Shown here: piece after piece, positions 1 to 9,873 of the stretch
Numbering within the stretch: position 1 is the first letter of the stretch
Layout: each line of letters begins with the position of its first letter
Source of the DNA: Thermoplasmatota archaeon
GTDB taxonomy: Archaea; Thermoplasmatota; Penumbrarchaeia; Penumbrarchaeales; Penumbrarchaeaceae
DNA: 35,676 nt
Direction of reading: 5' to 3'
Assembly (NCBI GenBank): GCA_965234725.1
Contig: CBDDUX010000048.1
Coordinates: forward strand, 1-35,676
The notes under the pieces: model-generated
What the model was told of the DNA's origin: nothing
Seen by the model: only the letters and a program-made list of their open reading frames with translations
Database searches by the model: none
Position numbers and translations under genes: made by a program

Positions 1-3
1 GCC

Positions 4-3000
4 TTGATCAGGGTTCACTTATGCGACTTAAACCCTCCGCGAAAATCGGTGTTAAATGATCTTACATATGGTTTCGAATTGGGACATTATGATAGGTCAA
101 GGACAATTGTGATAGATCCCGTTGTTTTCTCCACTTATCTTGGAGGCACAACATCTGAACACGGGGAAGGCATTACGATGAAAGATAATGGAGATGTCTA
201 TGTCACAGGACAGACCTCGGCATGGGGATTTCCAACAACTACAGGAAGCTACAAGATAGAAAAGCTGGGAGGACTCGATGCTTACGTGGCCAAGTTCAAC
301 CCGGATGGAACATCACTTGACATCTGCACATTTATCGGGGGGACCGGAGATGATACGGGATTCGAGGTCCAGCTTGATCCAAACGATAATATTATAATCG
401 CAGGAAGGACAACTTCCGATGATATTCCGACGCATTCAAGTGCCTTTGATAACGAATTTAGCGGTTCATGGGATGTATTCCTCCTTAAGCTAAATCCTAC
501 AATGACAACATTCATTACAGGTAGTTATTACGGAGGCAACGGAACGGATGCAGCCCTGAATCTCGTTGTCGACCAGAACGGGAATAGTTATGTTGGAGGT
601 TGGACAACTTCAGAGGACCTTGTTATCACGAACAACAACATTGATGACGATTACGGCGGAGGAGATATCAGCGCCTTCCTCTTCAAGACAAATCCGATGA
701 TGACCATTCTTTCCTATTCGACATACGTTTCAACACTCCAGGATGATAGGATATCTGGTCTCGATGTGGACGATCAGGGAAATGTCTTCATAACGGGTAT
801 GACAAGGTCTGATCAATTCCCATTAACAGCTTCTCCACGCGACAACACTTACGAAGGATCCAGCGAGTCCTTCATCATGAAGATTAACTCAGCCTGCAAT
901 CAGATATTGTACTGCTCCTACCTGGGGGGTTCTGGAGGTGAGGGAGGGTACGGCCTGCAGCTGGATGATGAGGGAGACATATGGATATCTGGAATCACCT
1001 ATTCAAGTGAATTCCCGGTAACAACAGGTGTCTATCAATCAAATTATAACGATAACGGGGATATTTTCGTTACCGAATTGGACGGTACTGATTTCTCTGT
1101 CAAACAGTCCACATTCATTGGAGGTTCGGGAAGAGACGGACCGATCGATATGGTCATTGATGCATTCGGAAGGATTACTATTGTCGGAGACTGCTCCTCC
1201 GATGACTTACCTGTATCGGATGATGCCCTCCAATCCTCATATAACGGTGGGACCAGCGATGGATTCGTAATAACCATATCCAGCGATCTCTCCGAGTTAT
1301 TGTATTCATCGTATATCGGAGGAGATGGATGGTTTGACACGACTACATCTGTTTGTTCCGACTTGAACGGTCATATTTCCTTCTGCGGATGGACTGATAA
1401 TGAGACTATACCAACAACTCAAGATGCCTATGGCCGAGAAAATAACGGATTCGAGGATGTATACGTTATGGGTCTCCTGCTTGACACCCCTCCATCAGTA
1501 CCACTTAACTTCGAAGCGGTATCAGGGGATGGGTTCGTTCATCTCACTTGGGATGACCCGGAGGATGAAGGGTCACAGCCTTTGACAGGATTCGATCTGT
1601 TCAAATTGACCAATGGGACAGGAAATGTGGACGTCTTAGAACTTGATCTTGTTAAAGAATACAATGATACGGATGTTGAAAATGGTAAGGAATACAGGTA
1701 CTGGTTGAGAGCCTCTAATCTTGCAGCCAATTCACTCTTCACCGGGATAATTAGCACCATTCCTCTTGGTCTTCCCTCAACACCTCTTGGTTTCAATGTG
1801 TTATCCGGCATTAGGACGATAACAGTTGAGTGGGACTACTCAATAGACGACGGCGGGACCCCTATAACGGGATATATCATACAGAGGAAGTGGAACACAA
1901 CCGAAATGTCAAGAATGGAATTCGGAACAATGGATCATGGATACATCGACACAGATGTTGTACCGGGTCTGGAATATACATATTCCATTATGTCGAAGAA
2001 TATTGTTGGTAATTCTATACCATCTATCGAGGAAACCGGAATTGCAATTGATGTTCCTTCCCCCCCTGAAGAATTAATAATTGAATCAGGGGACGGATAC
2101 GATCTTCTCACCTGGGAGAGACCATTGACCGACAGAGGTTCCAAGATTAACAATTTCAACATCTACAGGACCATGGAAGGAGATCAGGTGAGACTTCTGA
2201 AGACAGTATCCTTGAACACATTAAGCTACAATGACACAAAGGTCGTAAATGGATATGAGTATACGTATTATCTAACCGCAGTGAACAGCGTTGGAGAATC
2301 ACCTCCATGCGAGGAGATAACGGTTACTCCCACGGCCGTTCCCTTAGAGCCCCTATTCTTCGATCTCTATCAGAATGGAGAAGAAATCATCATTACATGG
2401 GAAAAACCGATGGATGACGGTGGTTCGCAGATCACCGGTTATGAGATAAGAAAGGATATCGGAGGCAACTCAGAAACGATCGAGGTCGAGGCTGGTACTT
2501 ATGTTTACATCGATAGCGATTTTGCATATGGTTCGGCTTATAATTATACTATCAGAGCAGTCTCGGAAGTGGGCTTCTCTATATGGGCTCCTGTTCAAGA
2601 GATAACACCTCTGTCACCACCCGGGAAACCAACGGTGGAATTGTTGGGATATTCTGACAGATTTGTTCACATAGGTTGGACAGAAGTAACGATCACCGGC
2701 GGGACAGACATTCTCGGATATCTAATATATAGATATCAGACTGGGATTCCGTCGATCATTGGCGATGTGAATGCAAATACCCTTTCATTCAATGATTCAA
2801 ATGTGGAAAGCGGGGTCCAGTACAGCTATTCTGTTGCTGCATATAACAGCATTGATGGATCGATGTTATCGGAAAATGTCTCAGTGGAAACCATAGGATT
2901 CCCTTCAGAACCCTTAAACCCTGCAGTATCACATGGTGACGGGATATTGACAATTACATGGGACCAACCTCTTATGACGGGAGGTTCAGAGATAAGGTCA

Positions 3001-3882
3001 TTTTCTATTGAGAGAACAACCATATATGATCAGAATGTGGATATGTTCTCGGTTGAACCCAATGAAATGCAATTCCTCGATGATACAGTATCCCCTGGTG
3101 AGGAATATGGATACAGGATATCCGCTGAAAATATCAGAGGATCAGGACCATCAACCGTCATTGTTTTAACAAAAGCGATAGAAAAGCCGGACATCATGGG
3201 AAATTTTATTGCTACAACAAGTAAGGATAGGATCGACCTTTCATGGGAAGGCGTTAATAATGAAACAACGGGAGCGGTCCATATCATTCTCGAGAGGTCC
3301 GTGGATGGAGGTCAGTATTATCAAATAGCGGACCTCCCTGAAGACAAAACAACATTCACAGATACTGATATCAGGGCCGGTGTCAAATACAACTACAGGA
3401 TATTTTCAAGAAATATTGTAGGTGAATCTGAGATCCTCGAGGTTACCTCGATCTCAATTGAAGTGGGTGAAGAGGGGACATCGACTGGGATGTTCGTATT
3501 AATGTTGATCTCCTCTATCCTTCTCTTGGTAATTGCCTGCATCGTCTTCTTCTTAGCCATCAGAAAGAAGATAGAACCACAGGAACAGCAAAAGGAAGAT
3601 GAAATTATCGAGATATCACGGTATGAACAAGGAGAGGTGGAGAACGGGATTGTTAATGAGATCATGCAACCTAATGATATGTATCAGCAGCCTCCAGTGG
3701 AACCCGATATACCAGTGGATGTGAGTATGGAAAGTGAAGTGGGACCTCTTTCATCATCGGAAGATCTCGGCCCTTTACTTCAGGATATTGAACCGCATTT
3801 CGATGGTGATCCTGCAATTCCAATTGAACCGGGAACGGACCGTTCCGTTCATGAGGCTCCGATCGAGGAGGTGATATCATGA
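4..3882 (+). CDS. Cell-surface protein, 5'-incomplete: 7 SBBP-type beta-propeller blades, 7 fibronectin type III repeats, C-terminal TM anchor and acidic tail
   Basis: Blade motifs STYLGG, CTFIGG, GSYYGG, STYVST, CSYLGG, STFIGG and SSYIGG, with YVTGxTxSxxFP-type segments. FN3 motifs such as LTWDDPEDEGSQPLTGF and YTYYLTAVNSVGES. TM segment MFVLMLISSILLLVIACIVFFLA followed by IRKK. It lacks the signal peptide and N-terminal domain of the downstream paralog, and the frame is open to the window edge. Confidence 0.9.
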   Translation: MIRVHLCDLNPPRKSVLNDLTYGFELGHYDRSRTIVIDPVVFSTYLGGTTSEHGEGITMKDNGDVYVTGQTSAWGFPTTTGSYKIEKLGGLDAYVAKFNPDGTSLDICTFIGGTGDDTGFEVQLDPNDNIIIAGRTTSDDIPTHSSAFDNEFSGSWDVFLLKLNPTMTTFITGSYYGGNGTDAALNLVVDQNGNSYVGGWTTSEDLVITNNNIDDDYGGGDISAFLFKTNPMMTILSYSTYVSTLQDDRISGLDVDDQGNVFITGMTRSDQFPLTASPRDNTYEGSSESFIMKINSACNQILYCSYLGGSGGEGGYGLQLDDEGDIWISGITYSSEFPVTTGVYQSNYNDNGDIFVTELDGTDFSVKQSTFIGGSGRDGPIDMVIDAFGRITIVGDCSSDDLPVSDDALQSSYNGGTSDGFVITISSDLSELLYSSYIGGDGWFDTTTSVCSDLNGHISFCGWTDNETIPTTQDAYGRENNGFEDVYVMGLLLDTPPSVPLNFEAVSGDGFVHLTWDDPEDEGSQPLTGFDLFKLTNGTGNVDVLELDLVKEYNDTDVENGKEYRYWLRASNLAANSLFTGIISTIPLGLPSTPLGFNVLSGIRTITVEWDYSIDDGGTPITGYIIQRKWNTTEMSRMEFGTMDHGYIDTDVVPGLEYTYSIMSKNIVGNSIPSIEETGIAIDVPSPPEELIIESGDGYDLLTWERPLTDRGSKINNFNIYRTMEGDQVRLLKTVSLNTLSYNDTKVVNGYEYTYYLTAVNSVGESPPCEEITVTPTAVPLEPLFFDLYQNGEEIIITWEKPMDDGGSQITGYEIRKDIGGNSETIEVEAGTYVYIDSDFAYGSAYNYTIRAVSEVGFSIWAPVQEITPLSPPGKPTVELLGYSDRFVHIGWTEVTITGGTDILGYLIYRYQTGIPSIIGDVNANTLSFNDSNVESGVQYSYSVAAYNSIDGSMLSENVSVETIGFPSEPLNPAVSHGDGILTITWDQPLMTGGSEIRSFSIERTTIYDQNVDMFSVEPNEMQFLDDTVSPGEEYGYRISAENIRGSGPSTVIVLTKAIEKPDIMGNFIATTSKDRIDLSWEGVNNETTGAVHIILERSVDGGQYYQIADLPEDKTTFTDTDIRAGVKYNYRIFSRNIVGESEILEVTSISIEVGEEGTSTGMFVLMLISSILLLVIACIVFFLAIRKKIEPQEQQKEDEIIEISRYEQGEVENGIVNEIMQPNDMYQQPPVEPDIPVDVSMESEVGPLSSSEDLGPLLQDIEPHFDGDPAIPIEPGTDRSVHEAPIEEVIS
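1486..3465 (+). repeat. Seven tandem FN3 coding repeats (about 95 aa each; boundaries approximate)
   Basis: Units begin PPSVPLN, LPSTPLG, VPSPPEE, VPLEPLF, PPGKPTV, FPSEPLN and KPDIMGN, each with a W..P...GG..I..Y-like and a Y.Y.I.A.N..G.S-like motif. Confidence 0.8.
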
Positions 3883-6800
3883 GGACAGGGAAAATATTGA
3901 TACCCCTCACTGCCATTATCTTAATATCTGTATCCTTCTTGAGTTTGATACAAGGTGAGGGTAACGAGGAAGAATGGACCTACGGTGATCCGTCCTTGAT
4001 GGAAATGGAGCCATCGGGTCATTTCACCGAGAATCTCGGTCAATGGGATGAATCCATTTCATTTGTGGGGGACACGAATACCGGAAGGATCGGTATCGGG
4101 ACACATTCGATCTTTCATGAACTGAGAACCTATTACCCGGATAGGGAGATGGAAGTGGACCATGACGAGAACCTCTTAATCGGATATCTTCTCAAGGTGG
4201 ACATGGTGGGATCAAATGATGTAGTCCCGGTGGGATCGGAAGCACTCTCCTTCCCCTCAAGCTTCTTCAGGGGAAATGACCCTACCAAATGGGTTTCCGG
4301 AGCCAGGAGCTATCAGAAGGTCCACTATTCCGGAATATGGGAAGGAGTCGACCTGGATTACATCATATCTGAAGCCAGGCCGAAATACACTTTTACTCTG
4401 CAACCGTGCATCGATGTTGATACCATAAGAATGGATTTCAAGGGACAGTCATCTATGAATGTTGGAGGTGATGGTGCCACATTCGTTTTCGAAGATGGCA
4501 TCGAATTCAGAGATAGTGGTCTTCTTGCCTACTATCAGGATGACGGAACGGTGATCCCAGCACGTTTTATCCAGGATGGACCACATATAGGATTCGCCCT
4601 CAAGGACAGAGACCTTTCCAGGGCTGTTGTGATCGATCCGATAGTCACATCGACTTTCTACGGAGGGGCGGGAAGTGACACGGGTCACCGGATAAAGACA
4701 GATGATAATGGAGATTATTATATTGCAGGTAAAACCTATTCTGTTGATTTTCCAACAACTCCAGGAAGCCTAAAACAGGGATATTCGGGAGAGTGGGGAG
4801 ATATGTTCGTTATCAAGATGAACAAGTCCCTTAAGACCCGGGATTATTCCTTCATGTTCGGTGGGACCCACGCTGAGGAATTTGGAGATCTTGAGATCTA
4901 TAATGGACAGGCTGTTGCATCTGGTTTTACACAATCGGATGACTTCCCGACAACCCCGGGATGTTACGAGAACGAGAGCGCTGGTGGTTGGAGGGATCCC
5001 TACCTCTTGAAGATCAACAGCTCGGGTACGGGACTTATTTTCTCGACTATTATCACAGGTTCCTCCGATGAGTTTGGATATGGGATCGATATAGAAGAAA
5101 ATGGTAACATCATATACGTTGGTTACACAGGTTCCGATGACTTTCCGGTAACCTCGGATGCATATTCATCAACCAAGAATGGCTCCTATGACGCATTCAT
5201 TCTCAAGATGCTTCCAAATGGTACCGACATTGTCTACTCCTCATACTTCGGTGGAAATAATTTCGATAATCTTTATGACGTAGAGATACTCGACTCGGGA
5301 GATGTAATGTTTTACGGCGGGACCTTGTCAAACGACCTGTATTTTCCTTCGGATTCATATGACTCAACCGCATCTTCATCAGGAAATGGATTGGTAATTA
5401 GGATGGATATCAACATTTCCAAAATAAATGCCGCAACCCTGTTCGGATCTGGAATTGGAAATGGCCTGATCGATCTTGAGATCAAAAACAATGGTAATGT
5501 GGCACTTCTCTGCTATGGTACAGGTTATCCAACCACTAGCGGTACTTTTAACCCCTCTTCGAACGGGGGAAATGATTTCGTCCTGGCAGAATTGGATATT
5601 AACCTAACAACACTTGATATGTGCACATATGTTGGGGGTTCACTAGCGGATGATAATGGGAAACTGAGCATCGATAGCAAAGACAATTTCATCATATCCG
5701 GATACACTCAATCCACGGATTATCCGACCACCCCAGGAGCATACGATGAGACCTACAACGGAACCAACAATGTGAACGGAATCGTGTCAAAGATAGACGA
5801 ATCAGGAAAATATCTGATGTATTCCACCTTCTTCGGAGGGTCCGGAAGGACCTACACAAGGGATTTCGTTCTTGTATCCGATTTCAACGTGGTAATCACG
5901 GGTACCACTAATTCCCCTGATTTCCCCGTAACGGCAGGTGCTTATGATACAACAATTGGTGGTGGTCCTGATATATTCATCACGGAGTTCAGTTTCCTTT
6001 CAGCTCCAACGAGTCCAATGAACCTTACAGGGACAAAAGGATACGATTGGATCCATCTGCAATGGGAAGCTCCAAAGGATGACGGGGGCAGACCGATCCT
6101 TGGATATGAACTCCACACGGTCCAAAAGGGAGGTCTTCCCGAATTGACTACTTCCCTTTCTTTGAACACATTCGAATATAATGTAACCGGACTCAAACCT
6201 GACGGTGATTACCTGTTCTATGTTATTGGAAGGAATATCATCGGATTATCATCCCCCTCAAACAGCATCAGGTTCCATGACACCATCGCACCTTGGCTTG
6301 GAATGGACTTAACCCAGTCGGATCACTCTCCGCTTGGAACTACTACGTTCAAGATAATTGCTAGCGACAACACATTCATTGACAGTGCATACGTAGAATA
6401 CTGGATCGGGGACCGATTCGGAAACATGAATAGGACAATGGAAAGGGATGATCAATTACATTCATTTATACTGGACCATCCGGATCAGGTCTTCGAGATG
6501 CGTTACATGTTCCGTTTCAATGACACATCGGATAACTGGTTCAACAGCCGGATGTTCTCGTTTAATGTTACAGGGGAGGTTAAGCCATCTATCGTTCAGG
6601 ACTTAACGCCCTCCACGATAAAAGCGGGTGAGGTCCTGAATTTTAAGGTCGAGGCATCTGACAACGATGAGGTGAAGTCGGTGCATCTGAATTATCAATC
6701 TAACAGCGGTTTGAACAACAATGTCACAATGGACATGGTCAGCCCGAATTTATTCGAATACAAGCTTCCCACGAAGAGGTATTCACTTACACCAATCAGC

Positions 6801-8255
6801 TACAAGTATTTTGTAATGGATGCCTCCGGGCACTGGAACCAGTCCCAAGAGATGACCGTGATAATTCTTGATGTGGATTCACCGGTCCTTTCCTATGACC
6901 GGACCCCTCTTCAGGCTTTTACAGGTGAAGAACTTCTCTTCGAGATATCTGTCAGCGACAATCAGAGGATCAACGAGACATGGGTCAAATTCTCAGTAGA
7001 TGACGGACCATATGAAAATGCTACAATGGAGAAGAAACAGGGAGGTTTTTTTGAGCATACCATATTGGTTCCCCATACGCTTGGCAGAATTAGATATTCA
7101 TTCCATGCACTAGATGAGAATGGAAATATCGGATGGTTGCCTGAAAAGGAAATACCGATAATCGACATGGTCAAACCTTCGATAATTGTAGACCGAACCA
7201 ACATCACAGGTCCCACAGGCCATCAGGTACTTTTTGAATTCGAGCTTGATGACAATATAAAGGTGGGAGATGCTGTTGTTGAATACTGGTTTGGAACGGG
7301 AGATCACAGATATCTGGAACTCTTTGGGGCATCCATCTTCACCGGTCAACTGGAGATATCGTCAGGATACAAAGGATCGATATCATACAGTGTGAAGGTT
7401 TCGGACACAAGTGGAAATTACGTGAAATCAGAGATTGCCATGTTGGAGATATTTGATAATGAGCTGCCGGAGATGTTAGAGGATTTTACAGTTGGAACGG
7501 CGGAAACAGGTGGGCAGATATTGTTCAAGTTGAAGGTTTCGGACAATTCCGCTATAAAATTGGTAAAGGTTGAATACGGATGGTCCGGAGAGATATCTGA
7601 AACCGCATTAATGGATGGAGAGGTTGATGACAGCTATTTTTCTTGGTCTGTCACTGTAAAAGAAGATGATGTCTCCCCAATGAACTACAGGTTCAGGATA
7701 GAGGACACATCCGGAAATATGATCGCCACAGACATTAGGGAGATCACCGTAGTGGACACCATTTTCCCTGAGATCACACCACCGTCCCAATCTGTACTAA
7801 CCATATCAACAACAACCGAGATCAATATCCTTGTTGAGGCAACCGACAATATAGGTGTTGAGAGCCTCATTATATCCGGTAGTCCTATCGAACCGGTCTC
7901 CGGAAGGATTAGAGGTTACATTGATGAACCGGGCCACTATTTCATCGATGTGAAAGCAGTTGATGCCCAGGGAAATGAAGCATCATACAGTTTCATTTTA
8001 CGTGTTAAGGGAGATAGTATCGATGAAACCGAAGAAAGCTCAGATACATGGATGCTCTTTCCCCCAGTCATCTCACTGGTTCTGCTCATGGTCGCATTGA
8101 TCGTCCTGTTCACGAGAAAAAGGTCCAGGGACCATAGAGAAAAAGGACCTGTGGACCTATCCACCCTCAAGGTGCAAAATGGAAATAACATTCAATCCCA
8201 GTCAATGGAGAAGGATGAGGACCTCACCGAAATTAAAGATCTCTTTGGGAACTGA
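3879..8255 (+). CDS. Cell-surface protein: signal peptide, N-terminal SBBP-associated domain, 7 SBBP blades, one FN3, about 6 Ig-like repeats, C-terminal TM anchor
   Basis: ATGA overlap with the upstream gene and a GGAGGTG RBS. Signal peptide MRTGKILIPLTAIILISVSFLSL. Motifs FTENLGQW, FFRGNDPTKW and VVIDP. Repeats start DTIAPW, GEVKPS, DVDSPV, DMVKPS, DNELPE and DTIFPE, each with an (S/D/T)DN motif. TM segment followed by RKRSR. Confidence 0.92.
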   Translation: MRTGKILIPLTAIILISVSFLSLIQGEGNEEEWTYGDPSLMEMEPSGHFTENLGQWDESISFVGDTNTGRIGIGTHSIFHELRTYYPDREMEVDHDENLLIGYLLKVDMVGSNDVVPVGSEALSFPSSFFRGNDPTKWVSGARSYQKVHYSGIWEGVDLDYIISEARPKYTFTLQPCIDVDTIRMDFKGQSSMNVGGDGATFVFEDGIEFRDSGLLAYYQDDGTVIPARFIQDGPHIGFALKDRDLSRAVVIDPIVTSTFYGGAGSDTGHRIKTDDNGDYYIAGKTYSVDFPTTPGSLKQGYSGEWGDMFVIKMNKSLKTRDYSFMFGGTHAEEFGDLEIYNGQAVASGFTQSDDFPTTPGCYENESAGGWRDPYLLKINSSGTGLIFSTIITGSSDEFGYGIDIEENGNIIYVGYTGSDDFPVTSDAYSSTKNGSYDAFILKMLPNGTDIVYSSYFGGNNFDNLYDVEILDSGDVMFYGGTLSNDLYFPSDSYDSTASSSGNGLVIRMDINISKINAATLFGSGIGNGLIDLEIKNNGNVALLCYGTGYPTTSGTFNPSSNGGNDFVLAELDINLTTLDMCTYVGGSLADDNGKLSIDSKDNFIISGYTQSTDYPTTPGAYDETYNGTNNVNGIVSKIDESGKYLMYSTFFGGSGRTYTRDFVLVSDFNVVITGTTNSPDFPVTAGAYDTTIGGGPDIFITEFSFLSAPTSPMNLTGTKGYDWIHLQWEAPKDDGGRPILGYELHTVQKGGLPELTTSLSLNTFEYNVTGLKPDGDYLFYVIGRNIIGLSSPSNSIRFHDTIAPWLGMDLTQSDHSPLGTTTFKIIASDNTFIDSAYVEYWIGDRFGNMNRTMERDDQLHSFILDHPDQVFEMRYMFRFNDTSDNWFNSRMFSFNVTGEVKPSIVQDLTPSTIKAGEVLNFKVEASDNDEVKSVHLNYQSNSGLNNNVTMDMVSPNLFEYKLPTKRYSLTPISYKYFVMDASGHWNQSQEMTVIILDVDSPVLSYDRTPLQAFTGEELLFEISVSDNQRINETWVKFSVDDGPYENATMEKKQGGFFEHTILVPHTLGRIRYSFHALDENGNIGWLPEKEIPIIDMVKPSIIVDRTNITGPTGHQVLFEFELDDNIKVGDAVVEYWFGTGDHRYLELFGASIFTGQLEISSGYKGSISYSVKVSDTSGNYVKSEIAMLEIFDNELPEMLEDFTVGTAETGGQILFKLKVSDNSAIKLVKVEYGWSGEISETALMDGEVDDSYFSWSVTVKEDDVSPMNYRFRIEDTSGNMIATDIREITVVDTIFPEITPPSQSVLTISTTTEINILVEATDNIGVESLIISGSPIEPVSGRIRGYIDEPGHYFIDVKAVDAQGNEASYSFILRVKGDSIDETEESSDTWMLFPPVISLVLLMVALIVLFTRKRSRDHREKGPVDLSTLKVQNGNNIQSQSMEKDEDLTEIKDLFGN

Positions 8256-8321
8256 ATGATCGATATCTCAATCTTCATCTTCTAACCCCCAATCTATAAA
8301 ACCCGTATTATTTCAATGGGG

Positions 8322-8333
8322 GTTGTATACAAC
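8322..8333. promoter_or_regulatory. Perfect 12-bp palindrome GTTGTATACAAC, a candidate operator
   Basis: The palindrome is read directly from the intergenic sequence. Its function is inferred. Confidence 0.35.
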
Positions 8334-8482
8334 TTATAGTTTACACCCCGACCGGTCCATTCTATGTTTATTAATTTCAAGGTATTTCGAAGAATGGACC
8401 TCTCTGAGAAATGAACGTGATCACACTAGTTTGATGGTAGTTAATTTAATAGATATTTCAATCATATACTCTCCTGAGGAAA

Positions 8483-9463
8483 ATGCGTAATGTAGCAGTG
8501 ATCGGAGCCGGTATGGCAGGATTGACAACAGCAAAGATCCTCAAAGAGAATGGCTTTAATGTTTCAGTATTCGAAAGAGCAAGAGGTCCCGGAGGCCGTA
8601 TGGCCACAAGAAGGGAAGGGGCCATTCAATATGACAAGGGTGCACAGTATTTCACAGTCAAGGACGAACGCTTCGAGGTCCTTGTAAAGGACCTGATCGA
8701 AAAAGGGATCGTCTCCGAATGGAACCTTAGGATCGGGGTCTATCAGGATGGGAACATTTACCGGAAAGGGAGCTCAGTCAAACGATATGTTGGTACTCCG
8801 GGCATGTCCTCCATAACCCGATATCTCTCAAATGGCCTTGATATCAGCTTTGGTTCCGAGATCACCTCCATAAAAAGGATCGAGAACCTATGGTTGTTGA
8901 AAGATAATAATGGAAAACAGTTCGGCCCCTTCGGGATACTTGTCTTCACCGCTCCTCCACCACAATCGTGGGAGATGATAGACCCGTATGGTTCCTCCTT
9001 TGGATTGGTAGGGTCCGTTGAACCTGGTCCCTGCTGGACAGTAATGGCGAGATTCCCCGCTCCTCTGGATGTCCCATTTGATGGAATATTCTTCAACGGG
9101 CACCCTCTGGCATGGGCCTCAAGGGATTCCTCGAAACCGGGGAGACCCCAAGGTGATGTATGGGTCCTGCATGGGTCCTACGATTGGTCTTCTCGCTATC
9201 TTGATAAGAAGCCAGTGAAGATCGAAAAGGAGCTTATCAGATCATTCCTCAAGGCAGTGGATAGATCCGACAAACCGGAGATCACCTTTTCCCAAAGGTG
9301 GAAGTATTCCAGGTTTCCCAAGAAGCTATCCATTGGGTGTCTTCTGGATGAGGAAAAGATGCTTGGTATTGCAGGGGATTGGTTATACGGATCCGGGATA
9401 GAGGGTGCATATCTTAGCGGTCTGGAACTGGCCGGGAAGGTCCTGGATCAGCCGAAGGAATGA
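8483..9463 (+). CDS. Renalase-like FAD/NAD(P)-dependent oxidoreductase
   Basis: Rossmann motif [11 protein letters not shown], then [31 protein letters not shown] and C-terminal [17 protein letters not shown]. Confidence 0.9.
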   Translation: MRNVAVIGAGMAGLTTAKILKENGFNVSVFERARGPGGRMATRREGAIQYDKGAQYFTVKDERFEVLVKDLIEKGIVSEWNLRIGVYQDGNIYRKGSSVKRYVGTPGMSSITRYLSNGLDISFGSEITSIKRIENLWLLKDNNGKQFGPFGILVFTAPPPQSWEMIDPYGSSFGLVGSVEPGPCWTVMARFPAPLDVPFDGIFFNGHPLAWASRDSSKPGRPQGDVWVLHGSYDWSSRYLDKKPVKIEKELIRSFLKAVDRSDKPEITFSQRWKYSRFPKKLSIGCLLDEEKMLGIAGDWLYGSGIEGAYLSGLELAGKVLDQPKE

Positions 9464-9864
9464 AGACCCAGGTCGAGGAACGAGACCAAGATCGTTCCTA
9501 TGATCGAGAGGATATTGATCCCCAGGAATGTAATCTGGACCTTGAGCGGGACCTTTTTCAGATTCATGATATAAGCAATAGTAAGTGTGACGAAAACAAC
9601 GAGTGTGGCGGTTTCCTTTGGATCCCAGCTCCAGAAGGTCCCCCAGGCCAGCTGTGCCCAGATCATACCTGTTATCAGTCCGGCAAATGTCAACCACCAT
9701 GCTATTGTCAAGGATATCTTGAGGTCCTTCTCAGTAACATTTGACTCCTTCTTCAATATCACGATATCCCCTATCTTCTTGAATGCTATGAAGGTGAAAA
9801 TATATCCAAGGATGGCAATGGGAGGGTGTATCAGGATCAGGATGGAATCGAGCTCATGTGACAT
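9448..9864 (-). CDS. ccsA: Minimal CcsA-like cytochrome c biogenesis (heme attachment) protein
   Basis: WWD motif [20 protein letters not shown], upstream IHPP His, C-terminal GLHSF His and four hydrophobic segments. AGGTG RBS upstream of the ATG. Confidence 0.85.
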   Translation of the reverse strand: MSHELDSILILIHPPIAILGYIFTFIAFKKIGDIVILKKESNVTEKDLKISLTIAWWLTFAGLITGMIWAQLAWGTFWSWDPKETATLVVFVTLTIAYIMNLKKVPLKVQITFLGINILSIIGTILVSFLDLGLHSFG

Positions 9865-9873
9865 TCAGATCAC

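Noticed and set aside
4-8255. Diversity-generating retroelement acting on the surface proteins
   Set aside because: No reverse transcriptase gene and no near-identical template/variable repeat pair with adenine-specific mismatches was seen.
9448-9463. Convergent 16-nt overlap of the renalase-like gene and ccsA as evidence of a functional link
   Set aside because: Short convergent overlaps occur elsewhere in the window (17889-17894, 23412-23415) and reflect compact gene packing.
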